Of a stretch of 64,000 nucleotides of DNA, positions 44,409 to 53,005 are shown one piece after another (the first letter of the stretch is position 1; the number at the start of each line of letters is the position of its first letter). The translations under genes and the position numbers were made by a program. The stretch spans positions 13,719-77,718 of the forward strand of contig CAZENU010000005.1 in NCBI GenBank assembly GCA_964513735.1. Reading direction: 5' to 3'. The notes beneath the pieces were generated by a model. The model saw nothing but the letters and a program-made list of their open reading frames with translations, searched no databases and had not been told where the DNA came from. Origin of the DNA: an uncultured Dehalococcoidia bacterium (lineage in GTDB: Bacteria > Chloroflexota > Dehalococcoidia > Lucifugimonadales > CAZENU01).

Positions 44409-44510
44409 CCCCAGAATTCTTCGTCGCTGCGCTTCTCCGAATGACAGCCGGATGGGGTCCCGCTAACTGTCAACGACCATGTCATTCTGAACGCAGAGAA
44501 GAATCTGAGG
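44409..44510. repeat. Two inverted family 1 repeat halves
   Basis: ccccagaattcttcgtcgctgcgcttctccgaatgac (about 44409-44445) and gtcattctgaacgcagagaagaatctgagg (about 44481-44510). Confidence 0.6.
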
Positions 44511-44543
44511 CCGGGGCCGGTCACCCGCGAGTGCGGGTGCAGC

Positions 44544-45614
44544 CTAGTGGCCGAGCCTTCCCAGCTCTGCATGGGCGTAGCGGACCAACTCGTCCGTGTG
44601 TTCCCAGTCGATGCAGGCGTCGGTAATGGAGACGCCGTAGGCGAGGTCGGAGGGGTTGGCGCCCAGGGCCTGATTCCCCTCGTGCAGGTGGCTCTCAAGC
44701 ATCACGCCGACGATGCCGTCGTTGCCTCCGACACGCTGGCTGAGAACGTCCCGCAACACCACCGGCTGCCGGGTGTGGTCCTTGCCCGAGTTCGAGTGGG
44801 AGCAGTCGACGATCAGGTTCGGGCTGAGCCCGCAGTCCCGCAGGATCTGCTGCGCATCCGCCACCGACTTCGGGTCGTAGTTGGGCCCGGTCGCGCCGCC
44901 GCGTAGCACCAGATGGCCTGCCGGGTTGCCTGTCGTCTTGACGATGGAGGCAACGCCGTTGTCATCGATGCCGAGAAAAACGTGCTCCTGTTGGGCAGCG
45001 ACCACGCCGTCGGCGGCAATCTGTATGGTGCCACCCGTGCCGTTCTTGAAGCCAATGGGCATGCTAAGACCGCTGGCGATGAGCCTGTGCACTTGGCTCT
45101 CGGTGGTCCGCGCGCCGATGGCGCCCCAGGAGATCAGGTCGCCCAGGTACTGGGGCGTGAACGGCTCCAGGAACTCGGTCGCCGCAGGGAGCCCTACCTC
45201 GCAGACCTGGCGCAGAAACTCGCGGGCCCGGGCCATGCCGTTCTTGACGTCGTAGGTGCCGTTGAGATTGGGGTCGTTGATGTAGCCCTTCCAGCCGACG
45301 GTGGTCCTGGGCTTCTCGAAGTAGACCCTCATCGCGATGAGGATCTGGTCCTCTACCTCCCGGGCCAGCGCTGCCAGACGCTTCGCGTACTCTATCCCCG
45401 CCCTGGGATCGTGGATCGAGCATGGCCCGACGATGACCAGCAGGCGGTCGTCTTCGCCGGCGATTATCTGCTCGATCTCGCGCCGGTGCTGCGCGACCCG
45501 GTCCTTGATCGCGTCCGTGCTCGGGTACCGCCTCCAGTACTCCGCCGGGGAGTCCAGCGGAGTGATGCTCTGCACCCGAATGTTATGTATCTGTGATGTC
45601 CCGGTCCGAACCAT
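44544..45614 (-). CDS. aroG: 3-deoxy-7-phosphoheptulonate (DAHP) synthase, class I-alpha
   Basis: 356 aa. LLVIVGPCSIHD, KPRTTVGWKG and IGARTTESQ. The isozyme and its feedback specificity cannot be determined from the sequence. Confidence 0.9.
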   Translation of the reverse strand: MVRTGTSQIHNIRVQSITPLDSPAEYWRRYPSTDAIKDRVAQHRREIEQIIAGEDDRLLVIVGPCSIHDPRAGIEYAKRLAALAREVEDQILIAMRVYFEKPRTTVGWKGYINDPNLNGTYDVKNGMARAREFLRQVCEVGLPAATEFLEPFTPQYLGDLISWGAIGARTTESQVHRLIASGLSMPIGFKNGTGGTIQIAADGVVAAQQEHVFLGIDDNGVASIVKTTGNPAGHLVLRGGATGPNYDPKSVADAQQILRDCGLSPNLIVDCSHSNSGKDHTRQPVVLRDVLSQRVGGNDGIVGVMLESHLHEGNQALGANPSDLAYGVSITDACIDWEHTDELVRYAHAELGRLGH

Positions 45615-45751
45615 TGCTCGCCTCCGTTCAGCACTTGGTGGTCAACCCGTTGGTGCAGCGCGCCGATATAGCGGCGCTTACTCAGCCAGGTTAAACCAGC
45701 CCCGCGCCAGGGCACGAGCCGGTGGCCGGCTATTCACCCTTGGCGGCAAGG

Positions 45752-46123
45752 TTACACTTCCTCCATGCCTCTATCCCGCAGGTTAGAGGCCCCTTTCATG
45801 TACACGAACTGTATGTCCCTCGAGGACTTCTCAGTGTTGACCAGAAGCAGGACCCTTATGCACCGGGCCGTGCCGCCGGCAACATTCATCTCGCGACCGC
45901 AGATGAGGGCGGTCTCTATCCAGCCCATCTGACGGGCCGCCAGCGGCGGGAACTCGGCGTCAAGGTCGTCCGTCGCGGTGAAATACACCGCCGCGACGTC
46001 GTCGACTTCGATGCCATTGGCCTCGACCAGCTTGCCGAGAAGCTCTCTGGTGGCCTCCAGTATCGCTTCCTTGGAGTTCGTATCGGCGGTAGTGGCACCT
46101 CTGATACCGCGGACTCCAGCCAT
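45752..46123 (-). CDS. aroH: Chorismate mutase, AroH class
   Basis: 123 aa. VRGIRGATT...EAILEAT..LL and a C-terminal IRVLLLVNT pattern. Confidence 0.85.
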   Translation of the reverse strand: MAGVRGIRGATTADTNSKEAILEATRELLGKLVEANGIEVDDVAAVYFTATDDLDAEFPPLAARQMGWIETALICGREMNVAGGTARCIRVLLLVNTEKSSRDIQFVYMKGASNLRDRGMEEV

Positions 46124-46175
46124 TCACGTGCTCCAGATATGAGAGATGGAAGATGACAGCCGGCGGGCCGCTGCT

Positions 46176-46976
46176 TCAGCCTGAGGACCGTTTCAGTCCG
46201 ACCACGAACTGTCGCGCGGTCTGAACGGCCATCTCGGGCGGCGCCTCGCCGACGGCATCGAGCATGGCGCTTGCAACTATGGCCCCGTCGGCGAACCGGG
46301 CTATCTCCTCAATGTGCGCCCGGCTGGAGACTCCGAATCCGACCAGCACGGGAACGTCGGTGTGCCTGCGAATCCGCTCGACCAGCCTAGCCGCGGCTTC
46401 GTAGCGCAGCGCGGGCCTGGCGCCGGTGACGCCCATAAGGCTCACGCAGTATATAAACCCCTTTGCCCCTTTGCAAGCAAGCCCAACACGCCTGTCTGTG
46501 CTTGTCGGTGCCAACATGGGGATGAGGTAGAGGCCACGCTCCTCGCACAGCCGCGCGAACCCGACGCCCTCCTCCAGGGCCAGGTCGGGGACTATGAGGC
46601 CGTCCACACCTGCCTCCGCGGCGTCGGCCACTAACCTGGTCTGGCCGTAGCGCACGAAGGGGTTGAAGTATCCCATCAGCACGAGAGGCGAGCCCACGCC
46701 GCGCTTCCTGAGGTTGCGGACCACACCCAGGCATGTCGAGACGTTAACGCCGTTGCGCAGGGCCTGCATGTTCGTTTTCTGGACGGTGGGGCCGTCGGCA
46801 AGCGGATCGCTGAACGGGATCCCCATCTCCAACATGTCTCCGCCCGACTTGAGGAGCCCGGCCGCGATCTCCTCAGAGGTCTCGACGTCGGGAAAGCCGA
46901 CTGTGATGAAGGGCGCGAGCACGGACGTGCCGGCCTCTCTTGCCGCTTCGAAGGTCACGTCTATCCTGTTGACCAA
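46176..46976 (-). CDS. trpA: Tryptophan synthase alpha chain
   Basis: 266 aa. LEMGIPFSDPLADGPTVQ and GFIYCVSLMGVTG. Confidence 0.9.
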   Translation of the reverse strand: MVNRIDVTFEAAREAGTSVLAPFITVGFPDVETSEEIAAGLLKSGGDMLEMGIPFSDPLADGPTVQKTNMQALRNGVNVSTCLGVVRNLRKRGVGSPLVLMGYFNPFVRYGQTRLVADAAEAGVDGLIVPDLALEEGVGFARLCEERGLYLIPMLAPTSTDRRVGLACKGAKGFIYCVSLMGVTGARPALRYEAAARLVERIRRHTDVPVLVGFGVSSRAHIEEIARFADGAIVASAMLDAVGEAPPEMAVQTARQFVVGLKRSSG

Positions 46977-47011
46977 TACGATCTTACCTCTTCACGTTGT
47001 CGCGCTGCGAT

Positions 47012-47728
47012 TCAGGCCGTCGCGAACATGCCTATTATAGCCAGCACATTCTGCGCCATGTGGGCCAGGAGAGGCGGCCATATCGAACGCGTCTTCACGT
47101 AGAGCCACGAGAGCAGCAGGCCGGTGACGAAGAACGGGACCGCGACGCCCAGGGCGATGTGGCTGATCGCGAACACGGCGGACGCCAACGCAGCCGCCCT
47201 GAATACGCCGAGGCTGGGCACGAAGGCGGTCAGCAGGAATCCGCGAAAGAAGACCTCTTCGGCGAACGGACCGATCAGCCCAACCACCGCGACGTTGACG
47301 ACCCGGAAGACACTGGATCCGAGGTTGTCCGCGTCGATGGGCTCGGGCACCAGCAGGTCGGGCCCGAACGCATCGACAAGGGCGACATACACGCCGAAGA
47401 ACCCTATACTGAGGGTCAGGCAGGGGATCGCCAGCACGAAATCCGACCCTACAGCGGGCCTGCCGAGTCCCAGGGACCGCCATTGTGCATCGTGGCGCCT
47501 GATGGCGAACAGCCAAACGGCGGCCAGCAGCAGCCCCGTCAGGACGGCTATGGCCAGCGTGGTCATCGCCTCGTCGGCGGCGCCGGAGGCGCCGCGAAAC
47601 CGACCGAGAACGAGAACGGTGAGAATGCCGCCGACCGTGAACAGGCCGATGCCGTGGACTGCGTCGGTCGCGCTCCACGGGACGGCTATCGGAGACCGGG
47701 CCGGTGCAGGCAGTTTGGGGTCTGTCAT
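47012..47728 (-). CDS. CPBP (CAAX/Abi) family intramembrane metalloprotease
   Basis: ORF 47012..47917, trimmed to MTDPKLP (residue 64). Motifs FAEEVFFRGFL, FAISH and HMAQN. Confidence 0.75.
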   Translation of the reverse strand: MTDPKLPAPARSPIAVPWSATDAVHGIGLFTVGGILTVLVLGRFRGASGAADEAMTTLAIAVLTGLLLAAVWLFAIRRHDAQWRSLGLGRPAVGSDFVLAIPCLTLSIGFFGVYVALVDAFGPDLLVPEPIDADNLGSSVFRVVNVAVVGLIGPFAEEVFFRGFLLTAFVPSLGVFRAAALASAVFAISHIALGVAVPFFVTGLLLSWLYVKTRSIWPPLLAHMAQNVLAIIGMFATA

Positions 47729-47848
47729 AGAGCCTTCAGGAAGAAGTGTAACACCGCGTACCGGCGGCACATACTCTCCCGGCGCAAGCGTGGCCCATGC
47801 GGCCAGCTCACTGTCCGCGGCGAGACAACAAACAACGAGGTATGGGCG

Positions 47849-48115
47849 ATGGACAACTCGGGAATTACCGCCAAAGGAGACTCGGGAAGCAAGCGGCTGG
47901 AGATAGGCTGCGAGCACCAGAGCGGACTGCTGTACGTGGTCCGCGGCGAGCGAAGCTGGATATGCTCCGACGACCTCCTATACGCCCACGCCCTGGCCGG
48001 ATTCTTCAAACAGCTCGCCGAGCTGGACGATCCCGGCGTCAAGGAAGCGATGAGGCAGTGGGGGCTGTACTTCCGAGAGCTGCCACTCGAGACCGCTGAG
48101 GATCGGACCGACTAG
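47849..48115 (+). CDS. Hypothetical small protein (88 aa)
   Basis: This is the last 88 codons of ORF 46997..48115. Only this part is free of the opposite-strand CPBP gene and has protein-like, GC3-rich composition (MDNSGITAKGDSGSKRLEIGCEHQSGLLYVVRGERSW...). Its TAG shares the palindrome CTAG with the stop of the convergent TPR gene. Confidence 0.4.
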   Translation: MDNSGITAKGDSGSKRLEIGCEHQSGLLYVVRGERSWICSDDLLYAHALAGFFKQLAELDDPGVKEAMRQWGLYFRELPLETAEDRTD

Positions 48116-48951
48116 AACTCCGACTCGGTCTCCTCGCTCGGGTTGATGATGCGGTGCACCGCTGGATTGAAGGCGTCGTCGTCGCCCGGCTCCGTGTCGT
48201 CGTCGGACCAGTCCTTGACTGCCACGGTCTCCCGCTGCTCGCCATCCTGGTCGTCGGAGTCGAATCGGGGAGCCGCGCTGGGCGGCAGCGTTCGCACCCC
48301 CGAGCCCTCCTTGGACGGAAACGATGCTTTGACGGCCTGCGAGGGGTGCCTGAAGACTTCTCGAATGAAGACCGCAAGGCTGCGCTCTTCGACACCGGTC
48401 ACCACGACCTCGTATCGATTACCCCCTCTGATCAGGCGAACAAGCCTGGCGGCGAGCTTGGGCTCGACCTGACCTAGATACTCGCCCGAGGGAGCCGTCA
48501 CCTTGAGCGTACCGCCGTCCGCACTCAGATCAAGCGGATGGCCGGGCGCCAGCTTGAGCAGAAGCTGTGGGGACGCCAGGTTGATGAGCGAGGTCACGCC
48601 AGACTTGCCGCTCTCCTCGATGAAGGCCCTGATCGGGCCTACTGCGGAGACGCCGACACCCTGCGCGTCGTCACCCAACTTGGCCAGACGGTCCAGGTTC
48701 TTCATTGCGATGGAGTTGTGGGAAGACAGCGAAAGCGCGTGCTCGAAGGCGTTCCTGGCTTCGCCGTTTCGGCCAAGCTCGCTAAGTGCCTTGCCCAGCC
48801 GATTGTACGCCTCTAGGTCGTCGGAGAAGCTGTCCAGTATCGATTGGTTGACCTCGACCGCTTCGGCCCACCGACTCCCCATCGCCAGGGACACAGCCCG
48901 CTTGGCCAGGTCCCTCTTTTTCTTCCGTTCTTCCTCGGCTTCGAGCGTCAT
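48112..48951 (-). CDS. TPR-repeat protein with acidic C-terminal tail
   Basis: 279 aa. TPR-like helices (AEAVEVNQSILD...AYNRLGKALSELGRNGEARNAFEHAL), a central beta-rich region and a D/E-rich tail. Confidence 0.6.
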   Translation of the reverse strand: MTLEAEEERKKKRDLAKRAVSLAMGSRWAEAVEVNQSILDSFSDDLEAYNRLGKALSELGRNGEARNAFEHALSLSSHNSIAMKNLDRLAKLGDDAQGVGVSAVGPIRAFIEESGKSGVTSLINLASPQLLLKLAPGHPLDLSADGGTLKVTAPSGEYLGQVEPKLAARLVRLIRGGNRYEVVVTGVEERSLAVFIREVFRHPSQAVKASFPSKEGSGVRTLPPSAAPRFDSDDQDGEQRETVAVKDWSDDDTEPGDDDAFNPAVHRIINPSEETESEF

Positions 48952-49024
48952 CTAAACAGCGTTCCCAATCGAGATGGCGAATTCTATCGCACAGAATCTT
49001 GGCATGGCAAGCTCTGGCAGACCC

Positions 49025-49840
49025 TTATCCATGCGACTTGCCGCAGGCCAGTGGCACCAGTCGCCAAATAGCCTCGGCCACGATGCCCACGGACATCTTG
49101 GAGCAACCTCTTGTCCTCGTCCGGAAGGAGATAGGGCGCTCGACAACGCGCAGGCGCAGACCCTGACAGACGATGGCCATCTCGGCCTGGAAGCCGAAGC
49201 CCCTGCACTTGAGCCGGTCCAGGTCGACCGCTCTCAACGCGTCGGCTCGAAAGGCCTTGAAGCCCGATGTGGTGTCCCGGACGCGCAGCCCGGCAAGCAG
49301 TCGAATCCCCCGGTTGCCCACGACGCTGAGCCGCCGCCTAGTCGGGCCCCACGCCGGATCGGCGCTGGCGCGCTGCACGTACCTCGAGCCCACCACGACG
49401 TCGGCTTCGCGCAGCTCCTCCAGCATCCCGGGGATGCCGTCGGGGTCGTGGGACAGGTCGGCGTCCATCTGGACTATGTAGTCGGCTCCCTCCGCCAATG
49501 CGCGCTTGAACCCAGCCACATAGGCGGTCCCCAGGCCCAGCTTCCTATCACGCTGGACCACGTCAATGGCGCCGCGCGCACGGCGGGCGAGCCGGGTGGC
49601 CAGGCGGCCGGTGCCGTCCGGCGAGGCGTCGTCGACGACGATCAGTCTCACGCCTTCCAGGCCGAGGGAGAAGATACGGCCGACAAGGTGAGGCAGGTTG
49701 TCCACTTCGTTATAGGTGGGGACGACGACGGCCACCCGGGGCCGGGCCGGCGCGGCGCGGCGGTCTCGGCTCAACCAACCACCGAAAGCCGATACCGGCC
49801 GGGTTTCGAATACGCCGGGGGTTGCGTTACTCACGGTCAT
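49025..49840 (-). CDS. GT2 glycosyltransferase, polyprenol-phosphate mannosyltransferase-like
   Basis: ORF 49025..49867. VAVVVPTYNEVDNL...LIVVDDASPDGT and QMDADLSHDP. The start at 49840 or 49867 is uncertain. Confidence 0.8.
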   Translation of the reverse strand: MTVSNATPGVFETRPVSAFGGWLSRDRRAAPARPRVAVVVPTYNEVDNLPHLVGRIFSLGLEGVRLIVVDDASPDGTGRLATRLARRARGAIDVVQRDRKLGLGTAYVAGFKRALAEGADYIVQMDADLSHDPDGIPGMLEELREADVVVGSRYVQRASADPAWGPTRRRLSVVGNRGIRLLAGLRVRDTTSGFKAFRADALRAVDLDRLKCRGFGFQAEMAIVCQGLRLRVVERPISFRTRTRGCSKMSVGIVAEAIWRLVPLACGKSHG

Positions 49841-50606
49841 CGCCACCCGACTTCGCGGTTGGGCCATAAACGCCCCGCATCCGCCTTACCCTGACCGCCA
49901 ACGTGTCCCCGATCATCGCGAAATTGTCGACCACCAGTCTGACCTTGCTTAGCTCCTGATGGTACCAGTCTATCGGCATCTCGAGAACGCGGAGCCGCCG
50001 TCGGACCGCCAGATAGAGAATCTCTACGTCGAAACCCAGCCCTCTGGTTCTCTGGGCGCCGAACAGCTCTTCAGCGACGTCGCCGCGGAAGCACTTGAAG
50101 CCGCACTGAGTGTCCTGGAATCCTCCGACTGCCACCAGGCGGACCATCCAGTTGAACACACGGCCTCGCAGGTGGCGGCCGAGGCCCTCGCCGAACCGAC
50201 GCGCGCCCTCTATCTGACGGGACCCGATGACCACGTCGTAAGCCTCCTCCATGCGAGCAAGGAAGGTGGCCAGGTTCTCGACCGGCATGGCCAGGTCGGC
50301 GTCGCACATGAACCTGTATCGGCCGCTTGACGACAGCATGCCGTGGCGCACTGCCCAGCCCTTGCCCGCGTGGGGTATCGACTCCACACGGGCCGGCGCC
50401 TCCAGCTCTGCCGCACGGGCTTCGACGACAGCGACTGTGGTGTCGGTGCTGCCGTCATCTACGACCACGATCTCCCAGGAGTATGGCTGTTGGTCAAGGT
50501 ACCGGACCAGCGCGCCGAGGGTGGCGCCGATGCGCCCTTCCTCGTTGAAGGCAGGAATGACCACCGACAGGTGCGGAGCTACCTTGTCCTCAGGCACGGA
50601 GGTCAT
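49827..50606 (-). CDS. GT2 glycosyltransferase, dolichyl/polyprenyl-phosphate glucosyltransferase-like
   Basis: 259 aa. LSVVIPAFNEE...IVVVDDGSTDTT, CDADL and FQDTQCGFK. Confidence 0.8.
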   Translation of the reverse strand: MTSVPEDKVAPHLSVVIPAFNEEGRIGATLGALVRYLDQQPYSWEIVVVDDGSTDTTVAVVEARAAELEAPARVESIPHAGKGWAVRHGMLSSSGRYRFMCDADLAMPVENLATFLARMEEAYDVVIGSRQIEGARRFGEGLGRHLRGRVFNWMVRLVAVGGFQDTQCGFKCFRGDVAEELFGAQRTRGLGFDVEILYLAVRRRLRVLEMPIDWYHQELSKVRLVVDNFAMIGDTLAVRVRRMRGVYGPTAKSGGDDRE

Positions 50607-50630
50607 GGTACGCCTTCGGCCGGGCGGCGG

Positions 50631-51869
50631 TCACGCCGGCTCCGGGCGGTCCAGCTCGAAGGCGGCGTGGAGCGCTCGGGCCGCGTCGCCCAGCCTCGAC
50701 TCGTCCACGATACAAGTGATGCGTATCTCAGACGTGGTGATCATGCCGATGTCGATCCCGGCGTCGGCGAGGGCGCGAAACATCCGGCCGGCATACCCCG
50801 GGGCGTCCCGCATTCCGGTGCCTACGATGCTTACCTTGCCCAGTCCAGAGGCGCTGACGACCTCTCGGCCGCCGAGGTCGCGGGACTGCGCCTCGACCAC
50901 CTCGATGGCCCGGTCGAGGTAGTTGCGCTTGACGGTGAACGTCACATCGGTCGCGCCGGCGACGCTGACGTTCTGCACAATGACGTCGACGCTGACGTCG
51001 GCGTCGGCCAACGGCTCGAAGAGCCCGGCCTGGACGCCGGGCCGGTCGGGTAGCCCGAGCACGCTGATCTTGGCGACGTTGGCGTCCGTCGCAATGCCTC
51101 GCACTCTGTTTCGAATCTCCCCGACCCCGTTCTCCATGTCAACACCTCGGTGTATCAGCGTCCCGGGCGACCACTCGAAGCTGGACGCCACCAACATCGG
51201 TACCTCGTATACCATCCCCAGCTCGATGGAACGCGGGTCCATTTTGGCCCCGTAGCTGGCCAGCTCGAGCATCTCTTCGTAGCCTATCTCGCTCAGGCAG
51301 CGCGCCTCGGGCACCAGCCTGGGGTCGGCGGTGTAGATGCCGGCGACGTCGGTGTATATCTCGCACCGGTCGGCCAACAGTCCCGCGGCCAGCGCCACCG
51401 CCGAGAGGTCGGATGCCCCACGGCCCAGAGTCGTCACGTCCATGCTGTCGGTGGCACCCTGGAAGCCCGCGACCACGACAATTCTGCCTCCGTCTAGCTC
51501 GCGCAGGACCCGGTCCGCATCCACCGACGCGATCCTGGCCCTGCCGTGGGTGGTGTCTGTCTTGATACCGGCCTGGGCGCCGCTAAGGCTGACCGCGTCG
51601 CGACCCTGGGCCCGCAACGCCATCGCGGTGAGAGTGCAGCTCACCAGCTCGCCGGTGGACAGAAGCATGTCCAGCTCGCGCAGATCGGGCTGGTCGGAGA
51701 CCTGATGGGCCAGCGAGATCAGCTCGTCAGTCGTGTCGCCCATCGCCGAGACCACGGCCACGACACGGTGACCCGCGTCGTGGGCCTCGCCGATACGCCG
51801 GGCGACGCCTCGAATCGCCTCGGAGTTGGTCAGGGAGCTTCCGCCGTATTTCTGAACGATCAGCGCCAA
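50631..51869 (-). CDS. lysC: Aspartate kinase with C-terminal ACT domains
   Basis: 412 aa. MALIVQKYGGSSL (TTG start), VVSAMGDTTD, and two ACT-like repeats. Confidence 0.9.
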   Translation of the reverse strand: MALIVQKYGGSSLTNSEAIRGVARRIGEAHDAGHRVVAVVSAMGDTTDELISLAHQVSDQPDLRELDMLLSTGELVSCTLTAMALRAQGRDAVSLSGAQAGIKTDTTHGRARIASVDADRVLRELDGGRIVVVAGFQGATDSMDVTTLGRGASDLSAVALAAGLLADRCEIYTDVAGIYTADPRLVPEARCLSEIGYEEMLELASYGAKMDPRSIELGMVYEVPMLVASSFEWSPGTLIHRGVDMENGVGEIRNRVRGIATDANVAKISVLGLPDRPGVQAGLFEPLADADVSVDVIVQNVSVAGATDVTFTVKRNYLDRAIEVVEAQSRDLGGREVVSASGLGKVSIVGTGMRDAPGYAGRMFRALADAGIDIGMITTSEIRITCIVDESRLGDAARALHAAFELDRPEPA

Positions 51870-51901
51870 TCCAAAGCCTGCTGTTGTCTGGACCCGTCAG
51901 A

Positions 51902-51929
51902 GTAGAGGCACGGCATGCCGTGCCTCTAC
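51902..51929 (-). terminator. Perfect 28-nt palindrome overlapping the thrB stop codon
   Basis: gtagaggcacggcatgccgtgcctctac. The thrB TAG (51926-51928) lies in one arm. It sits between thrB and lysC, and there is no U-tract. Confidence 0.3.
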
Positions 51930-52834
51930 CGAAGGTCCTGCGCGACGTGTGCGCTCGTGGTAGTCATTTCGGTGACGATGAAAGACCCGCAGACGCCCGA
52001 CTTGGACGCGGCCTCCGCCATCTCGTAGCCTATGGTGGTCTCCCTGCCCTGTGCCAGTGCCAGCACGGAGGACCCGGCGCCCGACAGGAATACGCCGAGG
52101 GCTCCGGCACTCAGCGCGGCCCGGAAGATGTTCTTCATCGCGGGGTATATCGCCTGCCGGGCCGGCTGGTGGAGCCGGTCCTGGGTGGCAGTGCCCAGGT
52201 GTGTCAAGTCGCCGGTCACCAGCGCGGCGACTAGCAGCGCCACCCGGCCCATATTATACACCGCGTCCCGCCGCTCTATCTGGTCGGCAAGCACGGACCG
52301 GACCTCGTCGGTGGGCATGGGATCGTCCGGAACGAATACGACGGCCCGCAGGCCCTGAGCGATGGGCACAGCCGAGGTTGTAAGCCCTTGGCCGTCCTGG
52401 ACGACGATCTGACAGCCGCCGAACAAAGCAGCCGATACGTTGTCGGGATGACCCTCTACCTCCGCGGCCAGCTCCAGAATCTGAGTCCGGTCCAGAGGCC
52501 GCCCGCACAGCTCGTTGCCGGCCAGGAGGCCCGTGACCGCCGCGGCGGCGCTGCTGCCGAGGCCCCTGGCGAGAGGTATGCGGTTGTCGCAGACGATCCC
52601 GGCCCTGGGGACCGGCCTGCCCGTCTTCTCGAAGGGCATGGCGAAGCTCCTGTAGACGAGGTTGGTCTGATCGGTCGGAAGCTCCTCTTTGCCTTCCCCG
52701 TTCACCACGATTCCGTCGCCGTCTAGATCTACCCGCACCGTGTTCCAGATATCGAGCGCCATGGCCAGGCAGTCGAATCCGGGGCCCATGTTCGCGGTGG
52801 TCGCGGGCGCTCTGACGGTAACTGTGTGGGGCAT
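51926..52834 (-). CDS. thrB: Homoserine kinase
   Basis: ORF 51926..53293, trimmed to MPHTVTVRAPATTANMGPGFD (residue 154). GHMP motif PLARGLGSSAAA. Confidence 0.9.
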   Translation of the reverse strand: MPHTVTVRAPATTANMGPGFDCLAMALDIWNTVRVDLDGDGIVVNGEGKEELPTDQTNLVYRSFAMPFEKTGRPVPRAGIVCDNRIPLARGLGSSAAAAVTGLLAGNELCGRPLDRTQILELAAEVEGHPDNVSAALFGGCQIVVQDGQGLTTSAVPIAQGLRAVVFVPDDPMPTDEVRSVLADQIERRDAVYNMGRVALLVAALVTGDLTHLGTATQDRLHQPARQAIYPAMKNIFRAALSAGALGVFLSGAGSSVLALAQGRETTIGYEMAEAASKSGVCGSFIVTEMTTTSAHVAQDLR

Positions 52835-53005
52835 AGTGAGGTGGGTCGCGGCAGATCGGATCCCGCGTATCCGTTCGTATAATAGCATGGCACTCCGCCG
52901 GTCCCTTTGACGCTGCCGCAATGGCGCCCCACTGGTAGAATCAACCTGCAAGCGGGCCGCGGACGCATTGACACGATGACACCTACTGCGCGGAGCGACG
53001 AACAG

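Noticed and set aside
46997-47848. First 284 codons of the 372-aa + strand ORF 46997..48115
   Set aside because: Antisense to the CPBP protease gene, with an Arg/Gly/Glu/Asp-rich shadow composition. Only the non-overlapping tail was kept, as a low-confidence small ORF.
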